From Eledone cirrhosa (Eukaryota), in assembly GCA_964016885.1 (NCBI GenBank), contig OZ024740.1:390476001-390540000 (forward strand): a DNA stretch of 64,000 nucleotides. Reading direction: 5' to 3'. A program made the translations under genes and the position numbers. A model generated the notes under the pieces. The model was given only the letters and a program-made list of their open reading frames with translations, made no database searches and had not been told where the DNA came from. This document shows positions 13,967 through 27,790 of the stretch, piece after piece; positions within the stretch are counted from its first letter, which is position 1; each line of letters opens with the position of its first letter.

Positions 13967-15759
13967 TCATAAGCTTCAGTATACCCAACTTCATTTACAC
14001 TCTAAGTCTATGGTAGTCTTGCATTAAGATGGAACCTGAGTCCAAGTTATTGCAAAGTGAACTTCTTAAACACACGAATATATCTGCGTTCGAATACTTT
14101 TTATTGAACATACACCTGTAGTAGGCTGTCCTGTATTGAGTGCTACTTGTTTATTGACTATTTTACGTGTAAGTACCCCATCTCGGCAAAATAAGATACA
14201 TTATCAACATTATTTGACCGTTGGATATGTGAGTCAGAAACAATAAAGTGTCGGACACAATGTTTTGCAATCATGGCTCTTTATATTCTGAATTCAAATT
14301 CTACCGTGGTCAACCTTTCTTTTTATCCTGGATTCGATAAAATATACTACCAGTCAAATACTGGTTTCGATTTAGTTATCTATATCCTCTTCTCACTAAA
14401 ATTTGCGTCATGATGCCAATGCAGTGTAACGAATATCAAAGGTTATAGTCATTGCATATATTATGTCAGAAAGGTTATAGTCATTGCATATATTATGTCA
14501 GAAAGGTATAGTTCCATTCTATATGTTCATACTGAATAAAGAAGCTATGAAACAGAAGGGTAAAAGTGGGGTTTAGTGGCATGAAATTTATGATGGACAT
14601 TAAAAAACATCTCTATCTATTGAGCACAACATATACATTTTTCATAACGGAATACACTTAATCTATTCTGATTCCTCTTCCTTTGAATAAAGCAACTAGC
14701 CAATTGTTTAGGCTACTTACGTTGTTTTGATATTTGTTAATTCATAAACGTCTATATGAATCCAATACATTGTTTTAATTATTGGTTTACTTCGTAATTC
14801 TGTTGGCTCACGCTGTCTAGTTTGGTTTATTTATTCTGTTGACTGAAAAATAAATGATATTATATCCCCATCCCACCTAATAATTTATAGTAAAGTAAAC
14901 TTTCTATGATAGCTTCGCTCGGAAATCTATCGTCAGTTAATTTGAATTGACTATTTTAGCGAAAAGGATATGGGGACTTGTGTTCTACGATTAATCTCTA
15001 CTGACTTGGCTACGTTTCGTTGTTCTATCAACTGGGAATAATGTCAGTTCAAAGCTGACAATTACAATCAACTTAACACGCATTGGCGTGATTTCAAGTG
15101 ATAAGAAAAGAAGGAAAACATATTGTCGATAAGAAACTCGCCATTTAACATAAGTCAAAGTCAGCGAGGGGAGGGTAATGGTTTCAATTGTAAATGCAAT
15201 AAAAGATTTAATCTTTTCCTTCATATCTTTATAACGTTGGGTTTGTGTGCTGAAACACATTGTAAAAAAGAAAAAAAAATGTACATGGACGTATATCGAC
15301 TTAGTATCAAAGATGCTTCTTTGTTAAGTAGATTGAATAACAAAAAGAACAAAAACATGTGATTGTTTTTAATACAAAGTGTTTAGTCGGTGCAATTGGA
15401 GCAGAAGGAAGCAAGAGGAATTTCATTCTATCATAATTAGTTTGATGCCACAGGGTTCTGAGATCAATTCTTGGAGTGGAAATGCTTTTTATTAATCTAC
15501 TATAAAGGAGTAAACTCTAGACCAAACATTTGAATTACACACATAATCAACTTAACATGCGTTGCAGCAGGATTTTTTCAGAGCGGGATTGAAAGAAGGT
15601 GCCAGTCTACTGGTAGAATAATGGTATTGAAATCTCGTCATTCTTGTAATATTGTGAGAATGGTGGATTGGAAGAGTCGTTAAGGTGTCAGATAAAATTA
15701 TTGGCGGTATTCGTTCTAAATCTTTACGGTCTAAGTTCGATGAATGTAGGAGCCTCCTC

Positions 15760-16745
15760 TACTGCGTCTTATGTGAGTTGGTTCTCACAATAATAGTTTG
15801 TGTATAACTTCCTGCTTACTTCTCTGGCAATATCCTCCAAATCGTAACTGTCTCTGAGCAATTATAGTTGTTATCTTGTATAAACTTTTATTTATAATGT
15901 GTTAACGCCAGTTTATATTTTGTACAACCCTAAACATTTTAGTATATGGCACCATCTAGTTTCTTCTCAAGTGTCATGGTCCATATATCTGATACATACA
16001 ACAACACTCACTCAACAGATGTTCTGAATAATGATATTTTGATTTTTCTGGGTAGATCTGACTTCCATATCCTTTCCATTGTGTTCATTGCAGCCCAGAC
16101 TTTGGACATCCTGATGTCAATGTCTTTTTTTTATGAACTCATCCAGCTGCCCAAATATAGTAAATCATCAACTCGATTTAATATTCCGACATCTAGTGTG
16201 CAAGATTTCCATATTCTTGGTTTAGTAACATATACTCTGTCTTGGTAACATTTATGTATAGAGCAATTTTCCTGATAAAGAATTCGACTTTATGAAGAAG
16301 TTCTTGAACTTGATCAATGGTATTTGATAAAAGAGCTATGCCATCAGTAAAATCTGTATCAGATATAACAGTTGGTGGGTTTTACTTACTTCTCCATGTG
16401 TCAATGTAAAGCTAAGATCTTGTTCATTAATAATGGCTTCCCTCATAACATAGTCCAGAGTGATTAAGAAAAGATATGGTGCGAATGTGTCACATTGAAG
16501 GACGCCCACTAGGGTTTCAAAATGACTCGGTATGCCTATCGTGTGTGAGAACTTGAGCTTTCGTATTTATACAGAAAATATGGCATCAAATATGCCATAT
16601 GCAACTAAGATTGACATAAGCTTTCCTCCATGGATATGAAGTCAGTGAAAGTTAGTACAGCTTTCGGGTTTTTTGATCTGACGCCTTCTAGTAGCTTCCG
16701 CAGTGTCAATATTTGTGAGACAATCGATTCTATTCTGTCTGAAAC
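15760..16745 (-). pseudogene. Decayed RTE-clade LINE reverse transcriptase fragment
   Basis: Minus strand: QILTLRKLLEGVRSKNPKAVLTFTDF, VLQCDTFAPYLFLITLDYVMREA, DTDFTDGIALLS, IWKSDLPRKIKISLFR; many stops and frameshifts. Confidence 0.88.
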
Positions 16746-16748
16746 AAT

Positions 16749-16901
<153 letters not shown>

Positions 16902-17154
16902 TACACGGGTGTGTATGATTGTGTATAGAAGGTTATATTAATAAAAGGAATTCCAACTTTGTCTGATTTACTCGTTTTATTTACAATCCTTTAAAATTAT
17001 AATGATATTATAATGAAATACTATTGTAAAATATTAAATGTTAAATGTTAATTGAACAAGTACTTTCATGCTTTCGCAATCTTCAGGTTCATATTCACTC
17101 GTGAGAGACAAGTTTGCAATTTTCAACTGTATATATATATATATATGTATATAA

Positions 17155-17205
<51 letters not shown>

Positions 17206-17280
17206 AGTGTGTGTGTGTGTGTGTGTGTATACGAAAAGTAAACGGAGACCAACAATGCAAGTTTAACGCTTGATATAGTA

Positions 17281-17330
17281 GGAAAAATGTCTTAAAGTTT
17301 CGGACGTTAGTGCTTCATCGGGAGATAGAA
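17281..17330 (-). ncRNA. Degenerate minimal hammerhead
   Basis: Minus strand CCGATGA-AGCAC-TAAC-GTCC-GAAAC; core and stem II each carry a mutation. Confidence 0.45.
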
Positions 17331-17497
17331 TGAGAAATAAAAGAAGAAATAACAATATAGAGAGAAGAGGAAGAAGCGAAAAAATACTTTGCGATCTAGG
17401 GGTAAAAATCCTTCTCTTTAGCAACGATTTAACTCGTATGAAAACGTCTGGTACCATAGTTTTTTTATGTATCCATGTGGATATACAACATGCAATA

Positions 17498-17685
17498 TTG
17501 TGGAGTTATTGGCAGTATCGGTAGAGGGTCGGACGCCATGATTTCCAGCATAGTTACGTCCCTTTACGATCTGAGTTCAAATCCCGCCGAGGTTGACTTT
17601 GCCTTTCATCCTTACGGGGTCGATAAAATAAAGTACCAGTAATGCACTGGATAATTGCTGGCCTTGTGCCTAAAGTAGAAACAGT
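17498..17685 (+). mobile_element. tRNA-derived SINE (Meta-domain-like body)
   Basis: A box TGGCAGTATCGG, B box GTTCAAATCC, body GCCTTTCATCC..GGTCGATAAAATAAAGTACCAG. Confidence 0.9.
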
Positions 17686-18993
17686 TATATAGTTGTAGAC
17701 ATTCTAAGCAGTAAATGCCGAGATTTTAGCACCGGTCTACACCGGGACGAGGGTATAGCACAGTCATGCCATGAAATGGTCATGGCCTTAAAGTTTTCAG
17801 GAAAAACCTAATAGCTAGCTTTATCGAACTAGAATTAAAACTTACAGTCACCACGAACTTTACTATTGTTAATGTCTTAGATCTTATTCCATCCGCTCCA
17901 GAAAATGTCATTCATGCACGGGGGAGAGGTGAAATATTAAAAAGAAATCAAAACCCCAACCAATTGCTGCATCTGGACCGATTTCGTCATTCGTTGCCTT
18001 CACGTCACAATGAAAAATCTCAATTAAATCAGAACAATATAGTCGCATTTGATTCTCCTAGCTCTATAAGTGGCCATGCATTAGCATCTCTGATTCCCGG
18101 ATTTCCTTAGTTTAAAACGCGTCTAATACGCACACATCCTACACCTGCAATGATCTCCGCCTCTAGATCACCTTTTACCCCCAGAACTAAACATTCAACC
18201 CTAATCATCACCACAGTTACTTTGTACTTATTCCTTTTCTCTACACCTGCCTTAACACTCCCAATTATTCTAATATCTTGTAGACTAGACACTTGAATTT
18301 ACTTCTTATGTTGCTTTACTCTGCTCTATATAACTATATCGTTGCTATGTTGACCTGAACACATGTCCCAATAAACGTCAAAATATATGGTCTCACCTCT
18401 ATACTATCATGCTAAGGTCAGCGCCATGGATAGAAAGGCGTGGAAGAACATCTTCATCGGAGTCCATCATCTAGCGGCTTCCACAGCAGCGAATTAGTTG
18501 AGAGGGCAACTTACTCAAATTGCGAAGTAGTGTGTGTGTGTGTGTGTGTGTAAGTGCGAGTGAGCTTCTGTATGTAATTGTGTATGTATTCACTGATATG
18601 GTAAACAATCCTACTAATTGGTACGAACTGTTTACCATACTAGTGAATCTAGAACCATACTTATTACTTTTTTTTTTACCATACATTTTATCTCATTTGA
18701 TTTATCATCGTAGTTCTCGCTTTTGCTGGGTTTTTATGTAAAAATCAAAAAGAAAAAAAGCAACACCAAAAAATGAAACAAAACAAACAAAAAAATACAA
18801 GGAAAAAAACGTGTCAAGAATTACCAAATTTGTAGTAGTTTGATAAAAATAACACATCTGTTCTTTTCACAGATTGAGTTCTCTCTTCTATTTCGGATAT
18901 TCTAAACGCTACACTATGTATGTATGTATGTATGTATGTATGTATGTATGTATGTATGTATGTATGTATGTATGTATGTATGTATGTATGTAT

Positions 18994-19601
18994 GTCAGGT
19001 CACCAGTTGGTGCTACTGGTAACATGTATCCCAGTACAACCTGTCTCATGGTCGGGTCGTTGGCGACTAAACTGGCAACCCCACCAAGGTTTTTTGGTGA
19101 GGAGGGTGACTTTGGACATCCTGCAGGACTAAAAACAAAACCTGTCAAAGGGAAAAGGAGCTCTTAAGAGTCAATGGCCATCCAAAATCACCGGGAGAGA
19201 TGACCCCTTAGCCTTTGTCAAGGCAGAATTCTAGGAGAAGGAAAACTCTGATATAACACCTGCAACTCTGATGGTATCCCATGATGTTGACTTGTTCTTC
19301 TTTTTGGTAAATATCATATTGGTTAAGAGAGTGGGACTGGCTTTGTGCAGTGCCTTTGCTCACTATAAAAGCTTCACGGCAGAGGCATTGCTTTATATCT
19401 GGAGATCTCTCTGCACTTGTCATCACATGGTACCATGGGCCCAGCACTATGTGTCAATAATTGTCACAAGAGTAGTGTTTGTACCAGAGTTTTCAAGTCG
19501 CTGGCTGGACTAAAAAATCACACTCGTTCAGCGCATCGGTAGGGGTTCTCCTACATGGATATAAAGTAGTGGCCGTACTAGAAAACGAGTTGGCAGCCAC
19601 C
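18994..19601 (+). mobile_element. ~610-bp (ATGT)n-associated element, copy 2
   Basis: Near-identical to 546-1153; (TATG)n on both sides. Confidence 0.88.
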
Positions 19602-19690
19602 ATGTATGCATGCATGCATGCATACATGTATGTATGTATGTATGTATGTATGTATGTATGTATGTATGTATGTATGTATGTATGTATGTA

Positions 19691-19762
<72 letters not shown>

Positions 19763-20042
19763 AGGTGCATGTATAAATGCGTGTATGTTCTTTTTTGATC
19801 TTTTACTGGCTTCAGTCATTAAACTCAGCCATTCGGGGCTTACTGCTTTGATTTAGTTGATCATATCAACCCCAGTACTGATTTTATTGATCTCTTTTTA
19901 TCGAATCGCTAAATTACAGGTCATAAGCACAGAGAGAAACGCAAAGTGTCATGGATAGACACTCATATCTATCTATATATACACACACGCACACATACAC
20001 ACATACTTATATTTATATATATACATATATTTATATATATAC

Positions 20043-20134
<92 letters not shown>

Positions 20135-20135
<1 letters not shown>

Positions 20136-20315
20136 ATTGTTTCTACTTTTGGCTCAAGGCCAGCAATTACCCAGTACATTACTGGTACTTTATTTTATCG
20201 ACCCCGTAAGGATGAAAGTCAAAGTTAACCTCGGCGGGATTTGAACACAGAATGGCAAGGGCCGTAACTCTATGCGTCAAAGCATGGCGTCCGACCTTCT
20301 ACCGACAATGCCAAT
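20135..20315 (-). mobile_element. tRNA-derived SINE
   Basis: Reverse complement of the 17498-17685 family. Confidence 0.88.
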
Positions 20316-20659
20316 ATATATAATGAATAAAGTAACCAGGATTAAATTACATTAAATTGTTTAATTGATTTACCATCGTTTCAATCAATCCAACAGGAAA
20401 ATACATGTCTACTGTATTGATTTCTTCAGAATCCATTAAACAACACAAATAACATAATTGTTTACCAACCACATATCCGAACATGTTAATTCCGAAAAAG
20501 TAAACAAATGTAAAATACAGTTGGGTAAACGTTAACATTTTATGGAAGAGTAAACACGCAATTAAACATGTATAAATATATATATAGCTGAATCAATTGA
20601 AGATGATTGCTTCTGACCAGCTGGCAGTCATGCTTCAGGACTCTGCCACCCCGACCATT

Positions 20660-20693
<34 letters not shown>

Positions 20694-20733
20694 GATATTA
20701 AACAAATGGAAACTATATTTATAAAACCATATT

Positions 20734-20800
20734 TATTTCATTATACATATTTCAGGGATACCATATTAAAAAATATGGCATGCCTTCGTCAGATAAAATA
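20734..20800 (-). ncRNA. Hammerhead ribozyme in the PLE pseudo-LTR
   Basis: Minus strand: TATTTTAT-CTGACGA-AGG-C-ATGCCATATT-TTTT-AATATGGTAT-C-CCT-GAAA-TATGTA-TA^ATGAAATA. Confidence 0.8.
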
Positions 20801-22423
20801 CAATATATAAACAGTTTTATAAATAATTTTGACGTACCATAATATAAGCGACCATTATATTAGGAAGCTGTCTGGATAGTGAATCTGTTTATATTTATTT
20901 AGTTATAGTGTTAAGCACAGTTAGAAAAAAGACGGAGAGAAAGAAGAAACGGAGGTAAAGAAGAAACAGGGAGAGATAGGGGAGAGAAGGGAAAGGAGAG
21001 AGAGAAAAAATATATAAATAGATAGGAATAAGAGAGCAATAGATAAATAAACACAAGAGAGAGGGAGTACTATATATAGAGAGAGGATAATAATTATTTA
21101 GTTATAGTGTTAAGCACAGTTAGAAAAAACGGAGAGAAAGAAAAAACAGAGATAAAGAAAAAATGGAGAGAGAGAGAGGGGGGAGGAAAAGAAAGAGAGA
21201 GAGAAAATATAGATAGATAGGAGGAAGTGAAAGAGAAACAAGAGAGAAATAAGAGAGGCAAACGAAAGCGACAGATACATAATAATTCATCATAGATAAA
21301 GATAAACTCAAGAGAGAGGAGAAAGTGCTATATAGAGAGAGAAGGAAATAGTTACATCTTTACGTCATGTCATATCAATTTGAATTATCAATTCATATGA
21401 AATGGATAATAAGAATGCAAATATCAATATTCATGAATGAGACATAGATATATAATATAAGAAAATAACATTGTTCAATAATGACCATATGTTTAGTTTA
21501 AAACTCTGAGGTCAATATACCAAAATCTGAGATAAAACCTTCAAAAAATTACCCTATTTATAAAAATACGGAAATATATATGTATATATACACGTATATG
21601 TACTTTCTGAAAAAAGAAAAAAGAGAAAATTATGTCTAACTCTAGTCAATAATATAGACATACACTTAACTTCACCTGATCAACTCTATAATTTCTTGTG
21701 TCAAAAAAAATTTCTTGTGTTATAAAAATTTCACTGTATATATACATAAAATATACGATTAATATTCATGCCCTCACATGTATGATTACCGTTCATGTAT
21801 TTAATATTATGCATATCTGTAACATATACAGAACCATACCTATACATATATATATATATGTATATATAAAATATCTGCGTGAGTTTTCCAGCATCTTTAC
21901 GCACATATACAGACACATGAACACATAAAATAAACTCTATAAACCTTCTATATCCATGTTAATACACATATGGCCTTTGTATAGAGATAATCAAATATCA
22001 ATATATCAGCACAGAAACATCAAAACATTAAAATACTTTCAACACACTATAGAGTATCTCAGGCCCAAAACAATATGCTTCATATATTTACTACAGAAAT
22101 CTATCCTTCCTATATTTCAAACAATATATTGCAAAGTTAATTAGAAGCTATCAGAGTCAAAAAACAAATAAAAACAAAAATTATTTACCAAAAATTATTC
22201 AAAAGATTTAGAAGACCCAGTGATTTTACGGATGGCGTTATATTTAGTATAAGAATTTATCTTGCGTAAAATTTATTTAATACATTGGGATCATATACAA
22301 TTTAGAGTAGTTTATTACATCTTTGTTTATATTTAGGAAGAAGGTTTAAAAAGAAAAAGGTGAAGGAATCAAATGATTTATCGACAGGTTTCATATATTA
22401 ACTAAATTTCTTAATTAATTATA

Positions 22424-23303
22424 CTACATTTTAAATTTATATTTATATTTAAACGTTGAGTTCAATCTATGTCTGCAGCAACTGAATAAATTGCTCCTTA
22501 AATTAAGGGAATTTTTGGACTTTAATATAAAGAATACCTCCTCCACACAGAGATCACATGTCTCTGATGAGGAATTAAAAGGAATCCCTTTTGAGACAAT
22601 ATTCCAAAACATCGAGTACTTAACATTATCTTGTTTAAGTTGCCAGAGTAGACTTGATAGCGAAGTTGAGGATTTTTTGTTTGGATCTGTGAAATAATTC
22701 TTATGATTATTGAAGCGAAGTTTAAATTCTGTCGAGGTGGAACCAACATAGTTGAAAGAATTTAAGTTAGTTTTAACATTACAATTGTATACTACATTTT
22801 TAACTAAGCAATTGTTATTTAACGGACAGTTAGATTTATTTCTACAGTTACAGTTATTTAATTGAATATTGTTTGGGTTATTATTGGTATTTTGGTTAGG
22901 TTTTAAATTCCTATTATTAATTCTGTTAATATTTTGTGCTAAATTTTTGGTGGACGAGTAAGTTAATTTTATAGTATGTCTATTAAAAATTGAATGATAT
23001 TTATGTGTTCTAGGGAATCGTTTGTCAAGAGCATTAAAGAATAGTTTAGCAATATGGGTTTTAATATTTAGTGAGAAAGGAGGGGGGGCAAACCATATTA
23101 TATTTCTAGTTCTATTTCTTTTTCGGCTTTTGGAATTATTGTAATGTTTTCTATTATAGTTGTTAATGTTGTTACCGTAATTAAAATTGTTATTATTTTG
23201 GTTAGTTTGCTTATTATTATCGATGTACTTAATTTTATCACTATATCCTGCTCTAGCTAACGCTTCATTGTAATACTGCGCTTTTTCATCAAAAATATAT
23301 ATG
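22424..23303 (-). CDS. PLE polyprotein C-terminus: end of RT thumb, Cys-rich linker and GIY-YIG endonuclease (open, 5'-truncated)
   Basis: RNIIWFAPPPFS, IFNRHTIKLTYS, CNCR..CPL..C, VVY..YVG..FKLRFNNH, CDLCVEE, LNLRS..CRH; the first ~23 aa of the tracked ORF come from the inverted pLTR. Confidence 0.9.
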
Positions 23304-23457
23304 TTTTTTAATATGGTATCCCTGAAATATGTATAATGAAATAAATATGGTTTTATAAATATAGTTTCCATTTGTTTAATATCGTATATCTACTCCCAAA
23401 ACTTGTCGAGTGCTTTATATCAGTTATAAAATATTTACTTGTTGTAAATAAAACCTT

Positions 23458-23549
<92 letters not shown>

Positions 23550-23574
23550 CGTATATACATATATATATATATAC

Positions 23575-23670
<96 letters not shown>

Positions 23671-23713
23671 GACGTAAATAAGAAAGTTATGAAAATTGAC
23701 TTACTAAAATTTC

Positions 23714-23792
23714 ACTCCAACTAATTAGTTTCTGTAAGGGGATAAATACAGTTATGTAATACCTGTACAGAAGCCTTACGTCATCAGGGAGT
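23714..23792 (-). ncRNA. Type I hammerhead ribozyme (family C, copy 1)
   Basis: ACTCC-CTGATGA-C-GTAAGG..CCTTAC-A-GAAA-CTAATTAG-TT^GGAGT; palindrome ACUAAUUAGU. Confidence 0.87.
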
Positions 23793-24244
23793 CTATTCTC
23801 AGCTAAGCCACCAGGCAATGCGGGGACACTGGAAGCTTATATAACAATAATTCAGTGGATAGAAAAAAATCGAAAAAATCGAGCGGGGCTAGATTCTAAG
23901 CACTGAAAAATTCGCTGCCTCCTTGGTCAAGTGGCAAATTCAAAAGAATTAATCACGTGACACTGAGGTTAACCAGCTTGGAGTGGGGGTGCTATTAAGA
24001 CAGAGCCTAGCCACTACTATCAGTCACAGTAGTAATTTGGCAAATTTTGCTCAACAAATAATTTGGAGGAGAATATGAAGAATTAATATATCTGCCGACA
24101 TATGTATACAGATGCATACCTACGCTAGCAGATATATATGTTTTGTCTTAGTAACTTTGTAGTTCTATGCAGGGGAATGCAGAACAATTATATGAAAGAC
24201 GTAAATAAGAAAGTTATGAAAATTGACTTACTTACTAAAATTTC

Positions 24245-24323
24245 ACTCCAACTAATTAGTTTCTGTAAGGGGATAAATATAGTTATGTAATACCTGTAGA
24301 GAAGCCTTACGTCATCAGTGAGT
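24245..24323 (-). ncRNA. Type I hammerhead ribozyme (family C, copy 2)
   Basis: Same as copy 1 with one stem I mismatch (ACTCA/GGAGT). Confidence 0.8.
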
Positions 24324-24723
24324 CTATTCTCAGCTAAGCCACCAGGCAATGCGGGGACACTGGAAGTTTATATAACAATAATTCAGTGGATGGAAAAAAG
24401 CGAAAAAATCGAGGGGGCTAGATTCTAAGCACTGAAAAATTCACTGCCTCCTTGGTCAAGTGGCAAATTCAAAAGAATTAATCACGTGACACTGAGGTTA
24501 ACCAGCTTGGAGTAGGGGTGCTATTAAGACAGAGCCTAGCCACTACTATCAGTCACATTCTTATTTACGTCTTTCATATAATTGTTCTGCATTCCCCTGC
24601 ATAGAACTACAAAGTTACTAAGACAAAACATATATATCTGCTAGCGTAGGTATACATCTGTATACATATGTCGGTAGATATATTAATTCTTTATATATAT
24701 ATATATATATAAATACATATATG

Positions 24724-24898
<175 letters not shown>

Positions 24899-24905
24899 GT
24901 ATATA

Positions 24906-24986
<81 letters not shown>

Positions 24987-24987
<1 letters not shown>

Positions 24988-26060
24988 AATAAGGGCGCTG
25001 CGGAGTTACAAATGGGTTACATATGAAAAAAGTTTGTCCTTCATCAGTGATCTTCCAACCATCATAGGCATTTCATCGCTTTAAAGACCATATACCTCCG
25101 GTTGGTGCGAGCAACGGCTAAAAAAAGTCGTTGGGACACGTAAATAAAGGGGACGCGAGGGTAAACAAACAAAATGGTGAAGCAACAGAAAGTGAGGAAG
25201 AAAGAGACAAGTCCCAGATTTCTATGAATTTAAGTTCGGTGAAATCGTGAACGAGAGAATAAAGACCATCAAACCTGGTTGAAATGTGAGCAAGGAAGGA
25301 ATTCCGCACAGGTCTAACGGGAGGAAGAAGGGGTCTGGTCTGCGAATTCGGTAAACATAAGTTCTGTGAAATCGTAGACGAGAGAGAGAAAAAATTCCGA
25401 CCAGCTTGGCCGAGAATGTGAGAGAAAAGAATTACTCACAGGTCAAACGGGAAGAAAGAGGAGGAGGAGAGGTAGTGACAGAGAATGAGTGAGTGAAGGG
25501 TGAGGAAGAGGCTAACAGAGAGAGAGAGACTGCTAGAAAGGGTAAAGATACATAGAGCGAAAAAGACGCGTAGCAGCAGAGGAAAAAATATGTGTAAATA
25601 TGGTAATAAGGGCGCTGCGGAGTTGCAAATGGGTTACATATGAAAAAAGTTTGTCCTTCATCAGTGATCTTCCAACCATCATAGGCATTTCATCGCTTTA
25701 AAGACCATATACCTCCGGTTGGTGCGAGCAACGGCTAAAAAAAGTCGTTGGGACACGTAAATAAAGGGGACGCGAGGGTAAACAAACAAAATGGTGAAGC
25801 AACAGAAAGTGAGGAAGAAAGAGACAAGTCCCAGATTTCTATGAATTTAAGTTCGGTGAAATCGTGAACGAGAGAATAAAGACCATCAAACCTGGTTGAA
25901 ATGTGAGCAAGGAAGGAATTTCGCACAGGTCTAACGGGAGGAAGAAGGGGTCTGGTCTGCAAATTCGGTAAACATAAGTTCTGTGAAATCGTAGACGAGA
26001 GAGAGAAAAAATTCCGACCAGCTTGGCCGAGAATGTGAGAGAAAAGAATCACAGGTCAAA
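24987..26060 (-). mobile_element. Family E element: ~1.7 tandem 617-nt monomers in (TA)n
   Basis: TAATAAGGGCGCTGCGG occurs at 24987 and 25604; CTGATGAAGGAC once per monomer on minus, with no complete HHR. Confidence 0.82.
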
Positions 26061-26126
26061 ATACATATACATTGAGTTAATGGGTCATGGCCGGAGATCG
26101 CTGAAGTAACTTCGGTGACTTACGTA

Positions 26127-26216
<90 letters not shown>

Positions 26217-26576
26217 ATGTGACAATAAGCTTGCGCTTGTGAAACTGCATCCTAAAGTACAGGGTGAACAAATAGCTATGACAGTGATTTGCTAAAGATA
26301 CCTCGCATATCCAACGCCTGGACAGATCCCGTTTCTATGCAATATTCTGTCTTCAACCGTTGTTAAAACTGCAATATACAGAGAATTACGTAACATTAGC
26401 TGACATTAAGCAATCGTGCTATTGCACTTCTTCAGCAGGAAAGTCCCATACTCAACACTTAGGTCTTACGTTGTGCACAGTCGCATGTACTGCCAGTTTC
26501 CCAAATTTAGCAGTTCTATACCTTACACACACGCATGCACACATACACTCACACACATACATACACACACACACAC

Positions 26577-26621
<45 letters not shown>

Positions 26622-26746
26622 GGGCTTCTGCAGTTTACGCCCACAATGTGCGATGACAAGGTTAACAATGGTCAACGAGTCTATAGTAGGAGACTCTTCC
26701 TATAGCTATATTGCACATATATATATATATATATATATGTATATAT

Positions 26747-27420
26747 TTCTTCTTCTTCTTCTTCTTCTTCTTCTTCTTCTTCTTCTTCTTCTTCTTCTTC
26801 TTCTTCTTCTTCTTCTTCTTCTTCTTCTTCTTCTTCTTCTTCTTCTTCTTCTTCTTCGTCCACCTATTCCTGGGAGGATCGTGGAGACAGAATCCTGAAG
26901 CACGCCTACCAGAAAGTCCTGTCAGAAGCACTTGTCTCCAACTGATTCGGCTGGACCCCAAGCGAGAACAACCTAGCTCATGGATGTTATCCAACCAATT
27001 TGCTCGGAGTCTACCCCTGGGTCTCCTGTTGGCTGGTTTTCACCGTAAAATCTGCCCAGTGATTTTTTCCTGATATTATATGTCCGTGATATCGGAGCTG
27101 TGTAGCGGCTCTACCTAGAACAATTCATTGATCTCCGAGCTAAGCACTCTATTGAGTAACGTTTCTCGAAAGATCCTTTGAGGAGCCCCATATCGGTCGC
27201 TGTTATTGGCGATCGTATTCTATCCGTCATTACCCAAGATTCATGACCATAGGTAACGGTTTGCACGAATGTCGAATTGAAAATATTGAGTTAGGCTTTT
27301 ACACCTACCCCTTTTTCTTCGGATGACCGAATGTTGAAGCTGATACAGTAATGTATCAGCTCTTGCAATTCTTGCACTTAATTCAGCTTCATGCCTTCCA
27401 TCACTCGTTCTAAAATGGTC
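26747..27420 (-). mobile_element. 3' fragment of an RTE (BovB/Expander-like) LINE with (GAA)n tail
   Basis: Minus strand DGRHEAELSARIARA, TVTYGHESWVMTDRIRS; (TTC)n at 26747-26857 lies at the 3' end. Confidence 0.85.
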
Positions 27421-27434
27421 TTTTATGTACTAAT

Positions 27435-27481
<47 letters not shown>

Positions 27482-27683
27482 GAGTATATTCCTGAGTTCG
27501 GTTTTTTTCGTCGCTTTGGTCACTGCGGCTCGCCTATCGGGCGCTGTCTTCAATTTGCAAAGCTGTCTAAACGTAGTGTTATAACTCTAAGGTAATATAC
27601 CTTATTGAGTGCTTAGCTGCACACCCCGATTGCATTCGTTAGCTTCGCTGCACCCAGAGCTTCGATTATGCTGTACTAAATTT

Positions 27684-27790
<107 letters not shown>

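Larger units (their letters stand above)
20693..23460 (-). mobile_element. 5'-truncated Penelope-like element with 3' pseudo-LTR and an inverted pseudo-LTR at the 5' end
   Basis: 20693-20773 is inverted at 23305-23385; GIY-YIG ORF; HHR in the pLTR; (TA)n on both sides. Confidence 0.9.
23665..24691 (-). mobile_element. Family C element: ~1.7 tandem 527-531-nt monomers plus an inverted segment (24558-24691)
   Basis: GAAAGACGTAAATAAG occurs at 23667 and 24194; one HHR per monomer; (TA)n flanks. Confidence 0.88.

Noticed and set aside
17498-17590. tRNA genes suggested by A/B boxes
   Set aside because: No cloverleaf; these are SINE heads followed by repeat bodies
23304-23371. ATG start of the 315-aa PLE ORF
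   Set aside because: It lies in the inverted pLTR fused at the truncation point, so it is not the native start
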